Origin: Naegleria gruberi
Taxonomy: Eukaryota
Direction: 5' to 3' (one strand)
Assembly (NCBI GenBank): GCA_000004985.1
Contig: GG738867.1
Length of the DNA: 64,000 nucleotides
This document shows, in pieces, positions 22,076 to 32,174 of this stretch. Numbering within the stretch: position 1 is the first letter of the stretch; every line of letters starts with the position of its first letter. Both the position numbers and the translations under genes were made by a program. The notes beneath the pieces were generated by a model. That model was given only the letters and a program-made list of their open reading frames with translations, was not told the origin of the DNA and searched no databases.

Positions 22076-23764
22076 ATGAGACAAACAGTTGTGTTTAGTG
22101 TTGTGGTATTGATTGCCACTCTCTGTCTGACGGTTGGCTTTGTTCATTCAAAGGCAATTGACAGTTTCTCCCTGTTCAAACTCTTCACACCAGTCTATGA
22201 GAATTGTTACTCTCACGATGGTGTCAATGTAAATAAGAAACACGTTACTTGGGGACGTACAGGTGAATCACTTCCACGTTTAACTAAGGCTGCCTATACT
22301 GATGGTGTTAAAGATCCACCACGTTTGACTTTGAGTGCTAGAGTTATTTCTAATGCTTTCAGTAAGCAAACTACCTGTGATGAATCTAATGATTTCAATG
22401 ATAGTTCAATGATTTATGCGTATGGTCAATTTGTGGATCATGATATTTCCAATGAAGGAGCTGGTTTAAAGTTTACTGAAACTTTAAATATTGAAGTACC
22501 TCCTGGTGATGTTTGGACAACTGCTCTTCCATTCACCAGAGCTGTCTTTGCCTCTGACAAGCCAACTTATGTTAATGAGCCAGTCAATCAAGTGAACTTT
22601 GTTACTGGTTATATGGATTGTAGTCAAATCTATGGTTCTGATGAGATTCGTGCTGATGCTCTTCGTGAAAAAGTTGGTGGTTTCTTAAAGGCTGATGTCC
22701 AATATGGAAAGGAATTTTTGCCAAAGAGTTTTGTTGATCCAAAGAGTGGATTATTCTTCATTGGAACGGTCAACAATTCTGTAATAGCTGGAGACAATAG
22801 AGCAACTGAAGCCCTTCCAATCTCAATCATGCAAACTTTAATGTTGAGAGAGCATAACAGATTGGCAAAATTAGTAGCTTCCAGATTTGGAGTATCTCAA
22901 CAACAACTTTCAAACTCAAGAGCTGATGAATGGATTTATCAAACTGCTCGTACCATTAACTGTGCTCAAATCCAACACATTACATACAATGAATATTTGC
23001 CAAGAATTTTGGGTAAATTCGCTCCAAAACCAAAAGACTTGTGTTATGATGAAGAAGTCAAGACAACTGTTACTACAGAATTTGCCACTGCTGCTTTTAG
23101 ATTTGGCCACAGTACTGTTGGGTGTGATATGAAGAGATTCACTGGTAATGGTAGTGAACTAGCTCCAATTGACTTTGGTAATGCTTTCAATGCTTATCCA
23201 GTTTTAACTCAATCTGCTGAAGAATTGGATAATTTGTTGAGAGGTCTCATCAAGCATCACGCTCAAAACTTGGATGAAAAGGTTGTTGATGGTTTACGTC
23301 AAGTTATCAGAGGTCGTTTGGATCTTGTTGCCAGAAACATTCAAAGAGGTAGAGATGTTGGTCTTCCAGATTACAATACCATTAGAACTACCCTCGGTTT
23401 CCCAGCTCTCAACGTTACTCAAATCACATCTCGTGCTGATGTTCAAGCCAAGTTAATCTCATTCTGGGGTGTCAATTTGGTTGGTTTGGAACCATGGTTG
23501 GGAATTCTCCTCGAACAAAAGGTTGAAAACTCTCAATTGGGTGAATTAGGTACTCACTTACTCAAGACTCAATTTGAAAACTTTGTAAAGGGAGATAACT
23601 GTTTCTACTCTCACAATCCTCAAACATGGGCTCGTTCCTTGTTCAAGAAGGAAATTGAAAAGGTTACTCTTGCTGATATCATTGATGCTAATACTGGTGT
23701 TAAGAAGGGTGAAAAGTCTATGGGTACTTCTCCATTCGTTGCCAAGTATGGTCCATTGGTTTAA
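22076..23764 (+). CDS. secreted animal-type heme peroxidase (peroxinectin/peroxidasin family)
   Basis: ATG at 22076 followed by signal peptide 'MRQTVVFSVVVLIATLCLTVGFVHS'.
Distal His motif 'YGQFVDHDI'.
'RGRDVGLPDYNTIR' (RDHGLPGYN-like).
Proximal His 'AFRFGHSTV'. Confidence 0.8.
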   Translation: MRQTVVFSVVVLIATLCLTVGFVHSKAIDSFSLFKLFTPVYENCYSHDGVNVNKKHVTWGRTGESLPRLTKAAYTDGVKDPPRLTLSARVISNAFSKQTTCDESNDFNDSSMIYAYGQFVDHDISNEGAGLKFTETLNIEVPPGDVWTTALPFTRAVFASDKPTYVNEPVNQVNFVTGYMDCSQIYGSDEIRADALREKVGGFLKADVQYGKEFLPKSFVDPKSGLFFIGTVNNSVIAGDNRATEALPISIMQTLMLREHNRLAKLVASRFGVSQQQLSNSRADEWIYQTARTINCAQIQHITYNEYLPRILGKFAPKPKDLCYDEEVKTTVTTEFATAAFRFGHSTVGCDMKRFTGNGSELAPIDFGNAFNAYPVLTQSAEELDNLLRGLIKHHAQNLDEKVVDGLRQVIRGRLDLVARNIQRGRDVGLPDYNTIRTTLGFPALNVTQITSRADVQAKLISFWGVNLVGLEPWLGILLEQKVENSQLGELGTHLLKTQFENFVKGDNCFYSHNPQTWARSLFKKEIEKVTLADIIDANTGVKKGEKSMGTSPFVAKYGPLV

Positions 23765-24239
23765 ATTGTATTATAAATATAAACAACATTGTATTAAAAT
23801 TATAATTGTTCTTCATTTCATATATGAATCCAAATCAACAAGATTTCTTTTGTGCTAAGACCGATAAGCTCTATCTTGCCTCCAATAGCTAAGAACACTG
23901 GATGTACACCTCAACTTGGAGTTGTTGTTTGAGATTATTTTCTATTATCGTTGTTAATAACTCTTTAAGGTTGAGCCATACTCAAGGGGTTCAAGGTAGT
24001 CAGCACCTCGAAAGTGGTAATTACGCTGTTAGTCGTAACAATTGGGGAAACCACTGCACATCTCTCAGAGAAGAATAGAGTAGCACCTCTGCATCATTTT
24101 AAAAGAACCAAATTTAAGAGAGAGGAATTTATCACCTATATTTATTGGGCTTAGACCGTTCATTAATGTCATAAAAATTGTGGTACATTTTATATGAAAA
24201 TAGTATTCATTCTACTTGGGATTGAAACATAGAAATAAA

Positions 24240-24358
24240 AGACTACAACACCACAGGTTCCCAAGTTGTCTCCAACCTCAGTACTGATGTGGCTCGACGA
24301 TGCTTAACTTCTCAAATCGGACGGGATGAGGTGCATTCATCGTGATATGGCCGTAGCC
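24240..24358 (-). rRNA. 5S rRNA gene (copy 1)
   Basis: Reverse complement 'GGCTACGGCCATATCACGATGAATGCACCTCATCCCGTCCGATTTGAGAAGTTAAGCATCGTCGAGCCACATCAGTACTGAGGTTGGAGACAACTTGGGAACCTGTGGTGTTGTAGTCT' (119 nt).
Conserved 5S blocks (GGCCATA…, GAAGTTAAGC, AGTACT, CTTGGGAA).
Helix I pairs GGCUACGGC with GUUGUAGUC.
Followed by a T-run pol III terminator. Confidence 0.85.
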
Positions 24359-24398
24359 ACTCATCTTATCAAAATCTTAATATTGAAATAGAAAACAA
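24359..24398 (-). promoter_or_regulatory. conserved 5S 5'-flank with TATA-like element (ATATTAAG about -26)
   Basis: About 38 nt immediately upstream of both 5S copies are nearly identical (…TATTTCAATATTAAGATTTTGA(T/A)AAGATGA(G/A)TG).
The 3' flanks are unrelated. Confidence 0.4.
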
Positions 24399-24474
24399 TG
24401 AAAACTTATTAAGCATAAACTATCCGCTAACCAACTACAATTGGTTTAAATTGCAATGATTGAATAATAATTTA

Positions 24475-26133
24475 TCAATAGTAATCTTCATCTGGTTTCG
24501 CATATTTTCCTGCGAGGGTGATGATTTCTGGATCTTGTTTAAGCTCAGAATCCAACATTTTGAAAACACACCCATTCTCTTTCACAGCTATCAAAGCCAG
24601 TTCTCTATCGTTCTTCAATTCTTTAGGAATATTGCTAAATACATGTCCACAATTCGAGAGAGCAATCTTTACAATTTCTAGATCTGCTTTGAATCCATCT
24701 GGAATTCTTGGGTATGCATATCCATATTTTGAGAGTAATTTCATGATAGATTCACGGTCATTTAAGAATAGATCTGCCAAATCACAACGGGTAATCAAAT
24801 AGCCATGTTCAACAGCAATCTCTTTCAATTTTTGTTTAAAATTCTCAGATTCTGAATAGTCCTCTCTGTAATAACCCATCATTGAAATAGGATTCTTCAA
24901 AATAGCCCTCAACCACAGTTCTTCATCTTTAGCCAAGCTTTCGAAATAACCATGCACCAAAATCAATGGATTAATATCAATTAATTCCTTAATGAATTCC
25001 CGGTCAGATTCAATAGAATTTGTATCTATGTTTTGAATATTTGTTGGATTACTTTCGATTAACATTTTGATAATGTCCCTATCAGCAGACAAGGAGCTAT
25101 GGATACAGCGAGCTAAATCAGAGCCAATTTGGAATGCTTCCATAAAAACTTTCTTTGAACTTGTAAGTTTTTCATTAAGAGAGCTGAAGAATGATCCAAA
25201 AGATTCACATCTTGGTGTCTCTGTTGAAAATAAACTGGATTTGAGTAGATTATTATAGGCTTTAGGACCTCCATTCATAATACATTTGAACACATCGAGG
25301 TAAATAGATGAAAACTCGTTTCTTTCAAATGCTTTTTCCAATCGAGGTAAGATAACTCGTGTATCAAAATTCTTTTGTCCATGTTCTTGTGTGATAAATT
25401 CCACAATCTCAAATACCATCTCTTTTTCAAACTCATTTCTTCCTATACATAATTCGTCTGATATTTCTAACAACCTATCAGCATCTTGTTCATCATCACA
25501 ATTACTCAACAAATCGGTCGATCCAAATATTAAATCAATTCTTTTTGATTTTCTATCAAATCTTTCAACACTAACTTCAGGTCTATTGCACTTTCTCTGA
25601 TGATTTGGTTTTTTGAAGAAATCATCTAATTTCTTCATCATTCCCAAATATTGATAAATAATTTGCAATATAATTCCATCGGTCACTTCAATTTTAATTT
25701 GGGATAATCTTTCTCTCAACACACAATTCATCACAACACAATAGGAATCATTGGTGCCACCATCACATGCCTGATAAATATTATCTCTGGTCGGTAAGAG
25801 CATCGTTAGAGGCGATTGCAATCCTTGATAATAGCAGCTGCTTTCTAAATTCATTGGTGCTAGTGATGACAAGGATTTTAATATACAGACAAATTGTTGA
25901 TTTCTCATTCGGAGAGCAATTATTCTCTCGTATTGTTGTTGCTGATTGGCAATCATAACATGATTTGGAAGCTTTTTAATTATTCTAAAATCTTCTTGGT
26001 TGTTGGAGGTGGAATTTAAGAGTTTGATGATTGATCGCTTTGATTGTTCCATTTTTTTTAATTGTTTACAATAATTACATCTTGATTTAAGATTGTGTAA
26101 TATATTGCATTTTCCTATTAAATTATATTTCAT
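24475..26133 (-). CDS. hypothetical protein with C-terminal DUF4116-like repeats
   Basis: ATG ORF of 552 aa.
The C-terminus 'ADLEIVKIALSNCGHVFSNIPKELKNDRELALIAVKENGCVFKMLDSELKQDPEII' repeats the same module as the gene at 13960-15603. Confidence 0.5.
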   Translation of the reverse strand: MKYNLIGKCNILHNLKSRCNYCKQLKKMEQSKRSIIKLLNSTSNNQEDFRIIKKLPNHVMIANQQQQYERIIALRMRNQQFVCILKSLSSLAPMNLESSCYYQGLQSPLTMLLPTRDNIYQACDGGTNDSYCVVMNCVLRERLSQIKIEVTDGIILQIIYQYLGMMKKLDDFFKKPNHQRKCNRPEVSVERFDRKSKRIDLIFGSTDLLSNCDDEQDADRLLEISDELCIGRNEFEKEMVFEIVEFITQEHGQKNFDTRVILPRLEKAFERNEFSSIYLDVFKCIMNGGPKAYNNLLKSSLFSTETPRCESFGSFFSSLNEKLTSSKKVFMEAFQIGSDLARCIHSSLSADRDIIKMLIESNPTNIQNIDTNSIESDREFIKELIDINPLILVHGYFESLAKDEELWLRAILKNPISMMGYYREDYSESENFKQKLKEIAVEHGYLITRCDLADLFLNDRESIMKLLSKYGYAYPRIPDGFKADLEIVKIALSNCGHVFSNIPKELKNDRELALIAVKENGCVFKMLDSELKQDPEIITLAGKYAKPDEDYY

Positions 26134-26203
26134 TAATAAAATCTTTTTGACCCAAATTCAAATTTCTGACCGTTACATAACAATTTGAAAAAAAAGTCGC
26201 AAA

Positions 26204-27307
26204 ATGGAAACACCAAATAGTCATCATCTTGGTGATGAAGCATCCACTCTCATGATGATGAATACTCCACAATTTCTCAACTATGTCTCCACCAATACAT
26301 CATCCTCTCAAGATATGTTATCGAGTCCGATTGCCTCTAATCGATTTCATCCTTCCTCATCATTATCAACAATAGAACAACAACAGCAAGCAAATACAAC
26401 CTCATCAATTAACAATAATAACAAATCATCTACAATGATGAATATGGCCCTAACCATGCTCCTTCTCTCGCCCAGTAAGCAGAATTCACTTCTCCACACT
26501 CCTACCAAATCAAATTCTCTCACCATTGATGCTTCCCGTATTAATCATGACAATGAAATGCTGTTTTCATCACCATTGAGTGCAATGATGATGGACACAC
26601 CACGTGGTAACTCGTCGAATGTGAATGGTGTGAGGAGAACTTTGGATTTTGATGAATCGATGGATAATTTTGAAGAAGTTTCCCTTTCAGAACCGAATCA
26701 ACCTATTGCTGTGATAAAGAATACGTATTCACAGGAATTGGTTGAGAAGATTGGTTTGGAATCGAATATTGCTTCTAATTTTGGAGAGTCACTGTTTGTG
26801 AGCTATTTCCATAGAATGATGTCTTTGTTGTTGGCCGTGCTGCTCTTTCCAACCAAAATGATGAATAAGGAAATACAGAGTCCTGTTATTCCTGTTGAAA
26901 GAAACGTCAACACTCATAATATTAAGTATCAAGAGGAGAATCCAATGTTAGAGCATTTTATTGGTAAGATGGATAATCAACAAAAAAGAATTGATGAACT
27001 GGAAACAATTATCAAGAAAATGAGTTCTCAAATTGAAGATCTGATAAATTCAAAGGTAGAATTGGAGAAACGAATCGGTAATGTAGAAGAAACACAAAAG
27101 GAAATTCCATCACAACCTGAATCAGTCGATTCACTAATTGTCAATCCTCAAGTAGAAATACCAGAGGAGAAGGATAGCAATACCAATCTATCTAACAATT
27201 CAACTTGTGCAGATTTGGATAGTGTTCCAAAACAACCAATCGAATCTAATTCAGCTTTAATATTTATTGTGCTTCCAATTATGATGGCTATCATCTCCAT
27301 ACTGTAA
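26204..27307 (+). CDS. hypothetical coiled-coil protein with C-terminal transmembrane anchor (tail-anchored topology)
   Basis: ATG ORF of 367 aa.
S/N/T-rich N-terminus.
Coiled-coil 'IDELETIIKKMSSQIEDLINSKVELEKRIGNVEE'.
Terminal hydrophobic segment 'ALIFIVLPIMMAIISIL'. Confidence 0.45.
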   Translation: METPNSHHLGDEASTLMMMNTPQFLNYVSTNTSSSQDMLSSPIASNRFHPSSSLSTIEQQQQANTTSSINNNNKSSTMMNMALTMLLLSPSKQNSLLHTPTKSNSLTIDASRINHDNEMLFSSPLSAMMMDTPRGNSSNVNGVRRTLDFDESMDNFEEVSLSEPNQPIAVIKNTYSQELVEKIGLESNIASNFGESLFVSYFHRMMSLLLAVLLFPTKMMNKEIQSPVIPVERNVNTHNIKYQEENPMLEHFIGKMDNQQKRIDELETIIKKMSSQIEDLINSKVELEKRIGNVEETQKEIPSQPESVDSLIVNPQVEIPEEKDSNTNLSNNSTCADLDSVPKQPIESNSALIFIVLPIMMAIISIL

Positions 27308-27524
27308 ATAAACAATTTCTAATTTAACCACAAAGTGGCTCAATTATTCTCTCAGTAAATGGAAAGATTCAAAGTCGAGTTGGAGTTGTTGTATCGTGAA
27401 AGTAGATCTATCCATTCCTTCTGCGTATCGAAAGTAATCCATTCATTCTCTTCATCCAAATAATAGTATCTCAAGCTGGAACAGTCCTTTTTGGTCCTTT
27501 CTGAAATAATATTTGCCAAGTCAT

Positions 27525-30500
27525 TCAAGCCAATAATGGATCCACTGGTAGGCAAAATTTAAACATATCCTTATTTTTGTATTTCTTCAATCTAACTTTG
27601 ATATTAATCACCTTATTCAATTCTTGTTTTGGTGATTTGAGTAGTTTTTCATTTTCATAGGTTTCAATACCTTCAAGCCAGTCACGTAATTTAGGTGAGA
27701 ATATGCTTAACTCCATCAGATCAGTAATCTTATCCCAATCAAGATTAGAGTCGAGAGCAACAGCACCAATCAATGCCTCCATCACATCTGAAATAGATTT
27801 GGCTTTAAGTTTCAGATCTTTCTTTACAAACAACAGTTGATCAATTCTAAAGTCTTTGGCTATCTTTTCCAATGCTGTATTTCTTACAAAATTGGAACGG
27901 AACGTGTGCATTTCACTCTGGTCCAGATAAAAATTATGGAACATTGTTCGAGAAACATATAAATCCAAGACAGCATCGCCAACGAATTCCAGAGTTTCAT
28001 AATTCACATTAAAACCAATATCAACAGAGGGGTGAATTAATGTGTAGTATGCATATAGAATATTTTTGAATTTGTATCCAATAATTCGTTCCAATTCTTT
28101 AGCATTTTTCTCAATGTCTGGTATTGTGTTTTCAATGATACGCTTGACATATTCTGGATTTGAATTCAATATAAATTTGTCAGCAATAAAATTCTGCTTT
28201 TTGACCAGTTTCAAATCTCTAGCCAATTTTACACCTTCTTCAATACTGTGTTTACCAACGAGACCAATTAAACTTTCAATTATATCAGCACGTACTTTTT
28301 TGCCTTTCACAGAAGCTTCCTGTTCGCTTTTAGAGAAAGCAATACCAGCCACATTGTGATGATAGTACTGAGTTTCGATAAAGAAGTCCATAATAGATAA
28401 TTTTTGGGCCAACTTCCTCAAATTGGAGTTTGAAACTTTGGCAGTCTTTTCCTCATTATAAAATTTCATATTCTCGAATGGAAATCTCAGAACTATATCC
28501 AAAACAACAGCATATTTCAATATAGTATCACCAAAAAATTCGTATCTTTCATAGTTAGTATCCAGATTCTGACTAGTTCTGTGCGTTATTGCATTTCTTA
28601 ACTCTGACAAGTTAATATAACCACAACTTGGAAACATTTGATTTTTCAAATCGTGGGCTACAAGGGTCTGCTCTACTAAACTCATCAATGTTCCTTCATT
28701 GGACGTCTTAAATACTGCTCTTAGGGATTCGATAAAATCTATCCTTAAACTAGTTGGTTTGCAGAATTCTGGTATCAACATGACATATCTGTGGTACTTG
28801 AGAGAATATGCAGATAACATTGGTTGATTTGAATCACACATAATTTCATATCTATCCTTCAAATAGCTTTGGTAAGTTATAGTAGATCCTTGTTTCTCAA
28901 AAGATTCTAAGGGTGTAGAACTCTCATCAATATAATTTGGAGCATAAAAATCCTTATTATATGTGGTTACAATAAAATAATCGATCGGTACCCTCACTCC
29001 TAATCTCAAATGATCTAATATAGTCATTGACTGGGGATAATCTTTCTCACTCTGGGATAACTCTTTTTCGAATGTATATATCACATTCCAATCTATGACA
29101 TCCCTTGGTTGGTTTCCTCTACAAGAAGGAAGTACCAAGTAGAATCTTCCATCTCCATAAAAATAATCTTTAAGAGCATAATTATTGTAAATAATTCTAC
29201 ATAATCTCATGTAAAATGCAATCAATTTTTCATATTCAGACTTGGTTACTGTTATGAATCCACAAGGGAAAAGTTTCAGCCATAAAGGATGCATAGTCAC
29301 TTCAAACGGATATTGAATCTCTCCAAAAGTCAAAAGAGCAGTCATTTCTTCCTTTCCGTTGCTATTGATTATCATTTGACTAACAAATAATTTGACATTA
29401 TTGTTGTCTTTAGGCCCCTCATATCTAATTGGCTTTGGAATGTATGTATCTTTCTTCTCTATCTCTTCGTCATCTGAAAGATTCTCTATTGAAGAAATGA
29501 GTGGTTCAATATCCTCTTGTGTATCATTTGTAATAATAACCTTCTCAGATTTAATATATTCTTTTAGCTCCTCCAAGGCAGTATCTACAATGATGCTTCG
29601 CTCATTGTTACCCATATTGGTTAACATGATGATTTGGGAATAATCATCCTTATCATAAAGTACTACATATCTTGAAAGTTCGTGCCTCGCTCTACCCATA
29701 GACTGGATATGTTCTCTAGTTGTGTTGCAAATATCAAATTGAACCACTAAAGAGCATTTGGAAATGTTCAGACCCTCTTCTCCGGCTTTTGTAGCTACGA
29801 GAAGTCGAGTAGTGTGTGAAAATTCCTTCACTACAGTTGCTTGAGCTTGTCGAGACATAACTGAACTTCCTATCAACTCTTTACAATTTAGAGGTATAAA
29901 CTTTCTATACATTCTAAACATTTTTACAATTGCCTTTACATGAACAATTCGCTCAGCAAATATGATACATCTCATATTTTCGTTTGTATTTTCATATGTA
30001 TCGACTAAATCAAATAGAATTTTGACCTTATCTGAAATGAAAGGTGAAGAATTAATTTCATTCATACTTGAAAACTCAATTGGTTGATTCAAGTTAAAAA
30101 TTGGATAAAATGATTTGAAAGACTCAAAAACATCCAACTCACATATTAGTGAAATAATTATAAGACTTCCAATCAAACCTAATTCACGATAATTCTTCTC
30201 TATATCATCAACTGATATATCTCTAAAATTATGATATGAATGAAACGTTTTCAATGCATTCAATGGCTCTATCAACTCACTCTTAGATGAATAAGCTACG
30301 CTATGTTGTCTCGGGTTGTTGACATGTTTTTTCATCTCTTCCATGTAATCATAAGGTACTTTGATGGAAGCATCAAGGCTAAATTCTAATTTGGCCTTTC
30401 TCAAAAATAAGGTATGTTCATTAAGACTTGTCTTGTAGAGAGATTGAGAAGCCGGTGTCGCAGTAAGACCTAAAATTTTAGGAAGCTCAATTGGTTGTCT

Positions 30501-31211
30501 ATCTTTAAGGAAATTGAAATTATATGCTAATAGTGAAGGATCAATAGGCTTGTTGTTGTGATAATAATCTCTCATCAATTTAACATAGGGATGATCCTTA
30601 GTAGCATGGTGAGCCTCATCAAAAACCAATAACAAGATATCTTCAAAAGAAATTATTTGACTCTGAAGAGCATTCAACAATATTTGAGGAGTGCTCACAA
30701 TAACATTCCAAGATTTGCTCGAATCAATTGTAAAGTCCTTCTTAATTTTCATTTTGCTACATTCCCTTTTGTAGAAATATTTGAAAATAGCCTCCTGTTG
30801 TTGTTTCCTCAATGCAGTCGTTGGAACCAAGAAGAATATCTTCTTTGTTAGTTTCTTCTTATCAGGTGGTCCATTAGTTGGTGGTTTCTTCTGATCAGAA
30901 ATGCAACATGAACACTTTGAGGATAAAAAGTATTCATCTCCCATATATTCCTTTTTATCATTTTGATGTAATAATTGATCAATTAAAAGACAGGCTAGAA
31001 GTGTTTTTCCTGTACCTGTTGGTAGAATACAAATTGAGTTTCCATCGATTGATTCCCGAAGCAATTCCAATTGATAGGCTCTCGGTTTTTCAATGGTAAT
31101 AATTGTATTATTATTCGAATCATTAGTATTATCACCTGTTTGTGTCGACAGTGATGGTTGAGAAAGCATCGTTTTACTTGTTGAACAATTTTTAGGCTTT
31201 GAATAATGCAA
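27525..31211 (-). CDS. Dicer-like endoribonuclease (DExH helicase plus two RNase III domains)
   Basis: 1228-aa ATG ORF.
Walker A 'ILPTGTGKT'.
'VFDEAHHA' (DEAH).
Helicase C 'ATKAGEEGLNI'.
RNase III signatures 'ERYEFFGDTILKYAVV' and 'ETLEFVGDAVLDLYVS'. Confidence 0.8.
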   Translation of the reverse strand: MHYSKPKNCSTSKTMLSQPSLSTQTGDNTNDSNNNTIITIEKPRAYQLELLRESIDGNSICILPTGTGKTLLACLLIDQLLHQNDKKEYMGDEYFLSSKCSCCISDQKKPPTNGPPDKKKLTKKIFFLVPTTALRKQQQEAIFKYFYKRECSKMKIKKDFTIDSSKSWNVIVSTPQILLNALQSQIISFEDILLLVFDEAHHATKDHPYVKLMRDYYHNNKPIDPSLLAYNFNFLKDRQPIELPKILGLTATPASQSLYKTSLNEHTLFLRKAKLEFSLDASIKVPYDYMEEMKKHVNNPRQHSVAYSSKSELIEPLNALKTFHSYHNFRDISVDDIEKNYRELGLIGSLIIISLICELDVFESFKSFYPIFNLNQPIEFSSMNEINSSPFISDKVKILFDLVDTYENTNENMRCIIFAERIVHVKAIVKMFRMYRKFIPLNCKELIGSSVMSRQAQATVVKEFSHTTRLLVATKAGEEGLNISKCSLVVQFDICNTTREHIQSMGRARHELSRYVVLYDKDDYSQIIMLTNMGNNERSIIVDTALEELKEYIKSEKVIITNDTQEDIEPLISSIENLSDDEEIEKKDTYIPKPIRYEGPKDNNNVKLFVSQMIINSNGKEEMTALLTFGEIQYPFEVTMHPLWLKLFPCGFITVTKSEYEKLIAFYMRLCRIIYNNYALKDYFYGDGRFYLVLPSCRGNQPRDVIDWNVIYTFEKELSQSEKDYPQSMTILDHLRLGVRVPIDYFIVTTYNKDFYAPNYIDESSTPLESFEKQGSTITYQSYLKDRYEIMCDSNQPMLSAYSLKYHRYVMLIPEFCKPTSLRIDFIESLRAVFKTSNEGTLMSLVEQTLVAHDLKNQMFPSCGYINLSELRNAITHRTSQNLDTNYERYEFFGDTILKYAVVLDIVLRFPFENMKFYNEEKTAKVSNSNLRKLAQKLSIMDFFIETQYYHHNVAGIAFSKSEQEASVKGKKVRADIIESLIGLVGKHSIEEGVKLARDLKLVKKQNFIADKFILNSNPEYVKRIIENTIPDIEKNAKELERIIGYKFKNILYAYYTLIHPSVDIGFNVNYETLEFVGDAVLDLYVSRTMFHNFYLDQSEMHTFRSNFVRNTALEKIAKDFRIDQLLFVKKDLKLKAKSISDVMEALIGAVALDSNLDWDKITDLMELSIFSPKLRDWLEGIETYENEKLLKSPKQELNKVINIKVRLKKYKNKDMFKFCLPVDPLLA

Positions 31212-31405
31212 TTCTAATATTGTTGGCCAAGTGTTCGGAATAATTTAACATTTAACTCTTTCTACATTCAATATATTTAGAAATTATTTAACACAATTAA
31301 TTGGTGATTCATATTCGGGGAGTAGTTCTTCTCCCTGCAAGGTACAGCCTTCTTGTTTAACAACACAATTTTTAAAAAGAATTAAAAATCAAATTTTAAA
31401 TAAAA

Positions 31406-31834
31406 ATGCCACCAACAACAGTATTGGAACCACTTGATTTAATTAGACTATCATTGGATGAACAGGTTTATATTAAACTGAAGGGAGATCGTGAATTGCG
31501 AGGAACTTTACATGTAGGTGATCTTTTTTAAATATTTACAAATTTTTATTATTATCGGAATAATTATGATGACAATATAATTGCGATGACGATGATGGGT
31601 ATTAATAGGCTTACGATCAACATTTAAATATGGTCCTCGGAAATGTCGAAGAAACTATACATGAAATTGACATTGATAAGGAAACAAACGAACAACAAAT
31701 GAAGGTTTGTATTTCAAATCATTTCACATCAACAAATTTGATTTCTAAAGAGTACTACTCGTAAAATTGGAATGCTATTCTTGAGAGGAGATGGTGTGAT
31801 ATTAGTTGTCAATTCTGCTCTTCGTTCTCTTTAA
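31406..31834 (+). CDS. LSM3: U6 snRNA-associated Sm-like protein LSm3; 3 exons (31406-31513, 31609-31704, 31751-31834); not present in the ORF track
   Basis: Conceptual splice gives '[36 protein letters not shown]|[32 protein letters not shown]|[27 protein letters not shown]'.
This is near-colinear with LSm3 (…[45 protein letters not shown]…MLFVRGDGVVLV).
Introns are GTAGGT…AATAG (95 nt) and GTTTGT…TAAAG (46 nt). Confidence 0.8.
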
Positions 31835-32174
31835 ATATTCATGTAAAAACTCCAACATTTTCAACTAGTTCTGGATTGTGTATTATTATGAGGCCAGGCT
31901 GCAAATTCACAACATCAAAAAGGCTTGTTTTAACTTCCAGAAATTCTTGTTGTTTATTTTTGTTCAAACTTCACCTTCTTATTTTCATTATTTGACGTTG
32001 ACACGTTAAGAGATTTTTAAAAAAATTTTAATCGACTCATCCAGAACCTTCACGTGTCATCACAAAGCTCCATTTTCTTGGTGATACACAATTTGCGTCC
32101 TGACGACGTCAACGTTCCTATTGTCTTGAACTTATTAATAAACCAACAATAAGAATACAACAACCACAAACACC

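Noticed and set aside
23770-24240. Possible structured ncRNA (U2/U4/RNase P-like) in the peroxidase-to-5S spacer
   Set aside because: There are loose resemblances only (e.g. GCUAAGA). The invariant U2 GUAGUA branch-site region, Sm sites and RNase P CR-I are absent.
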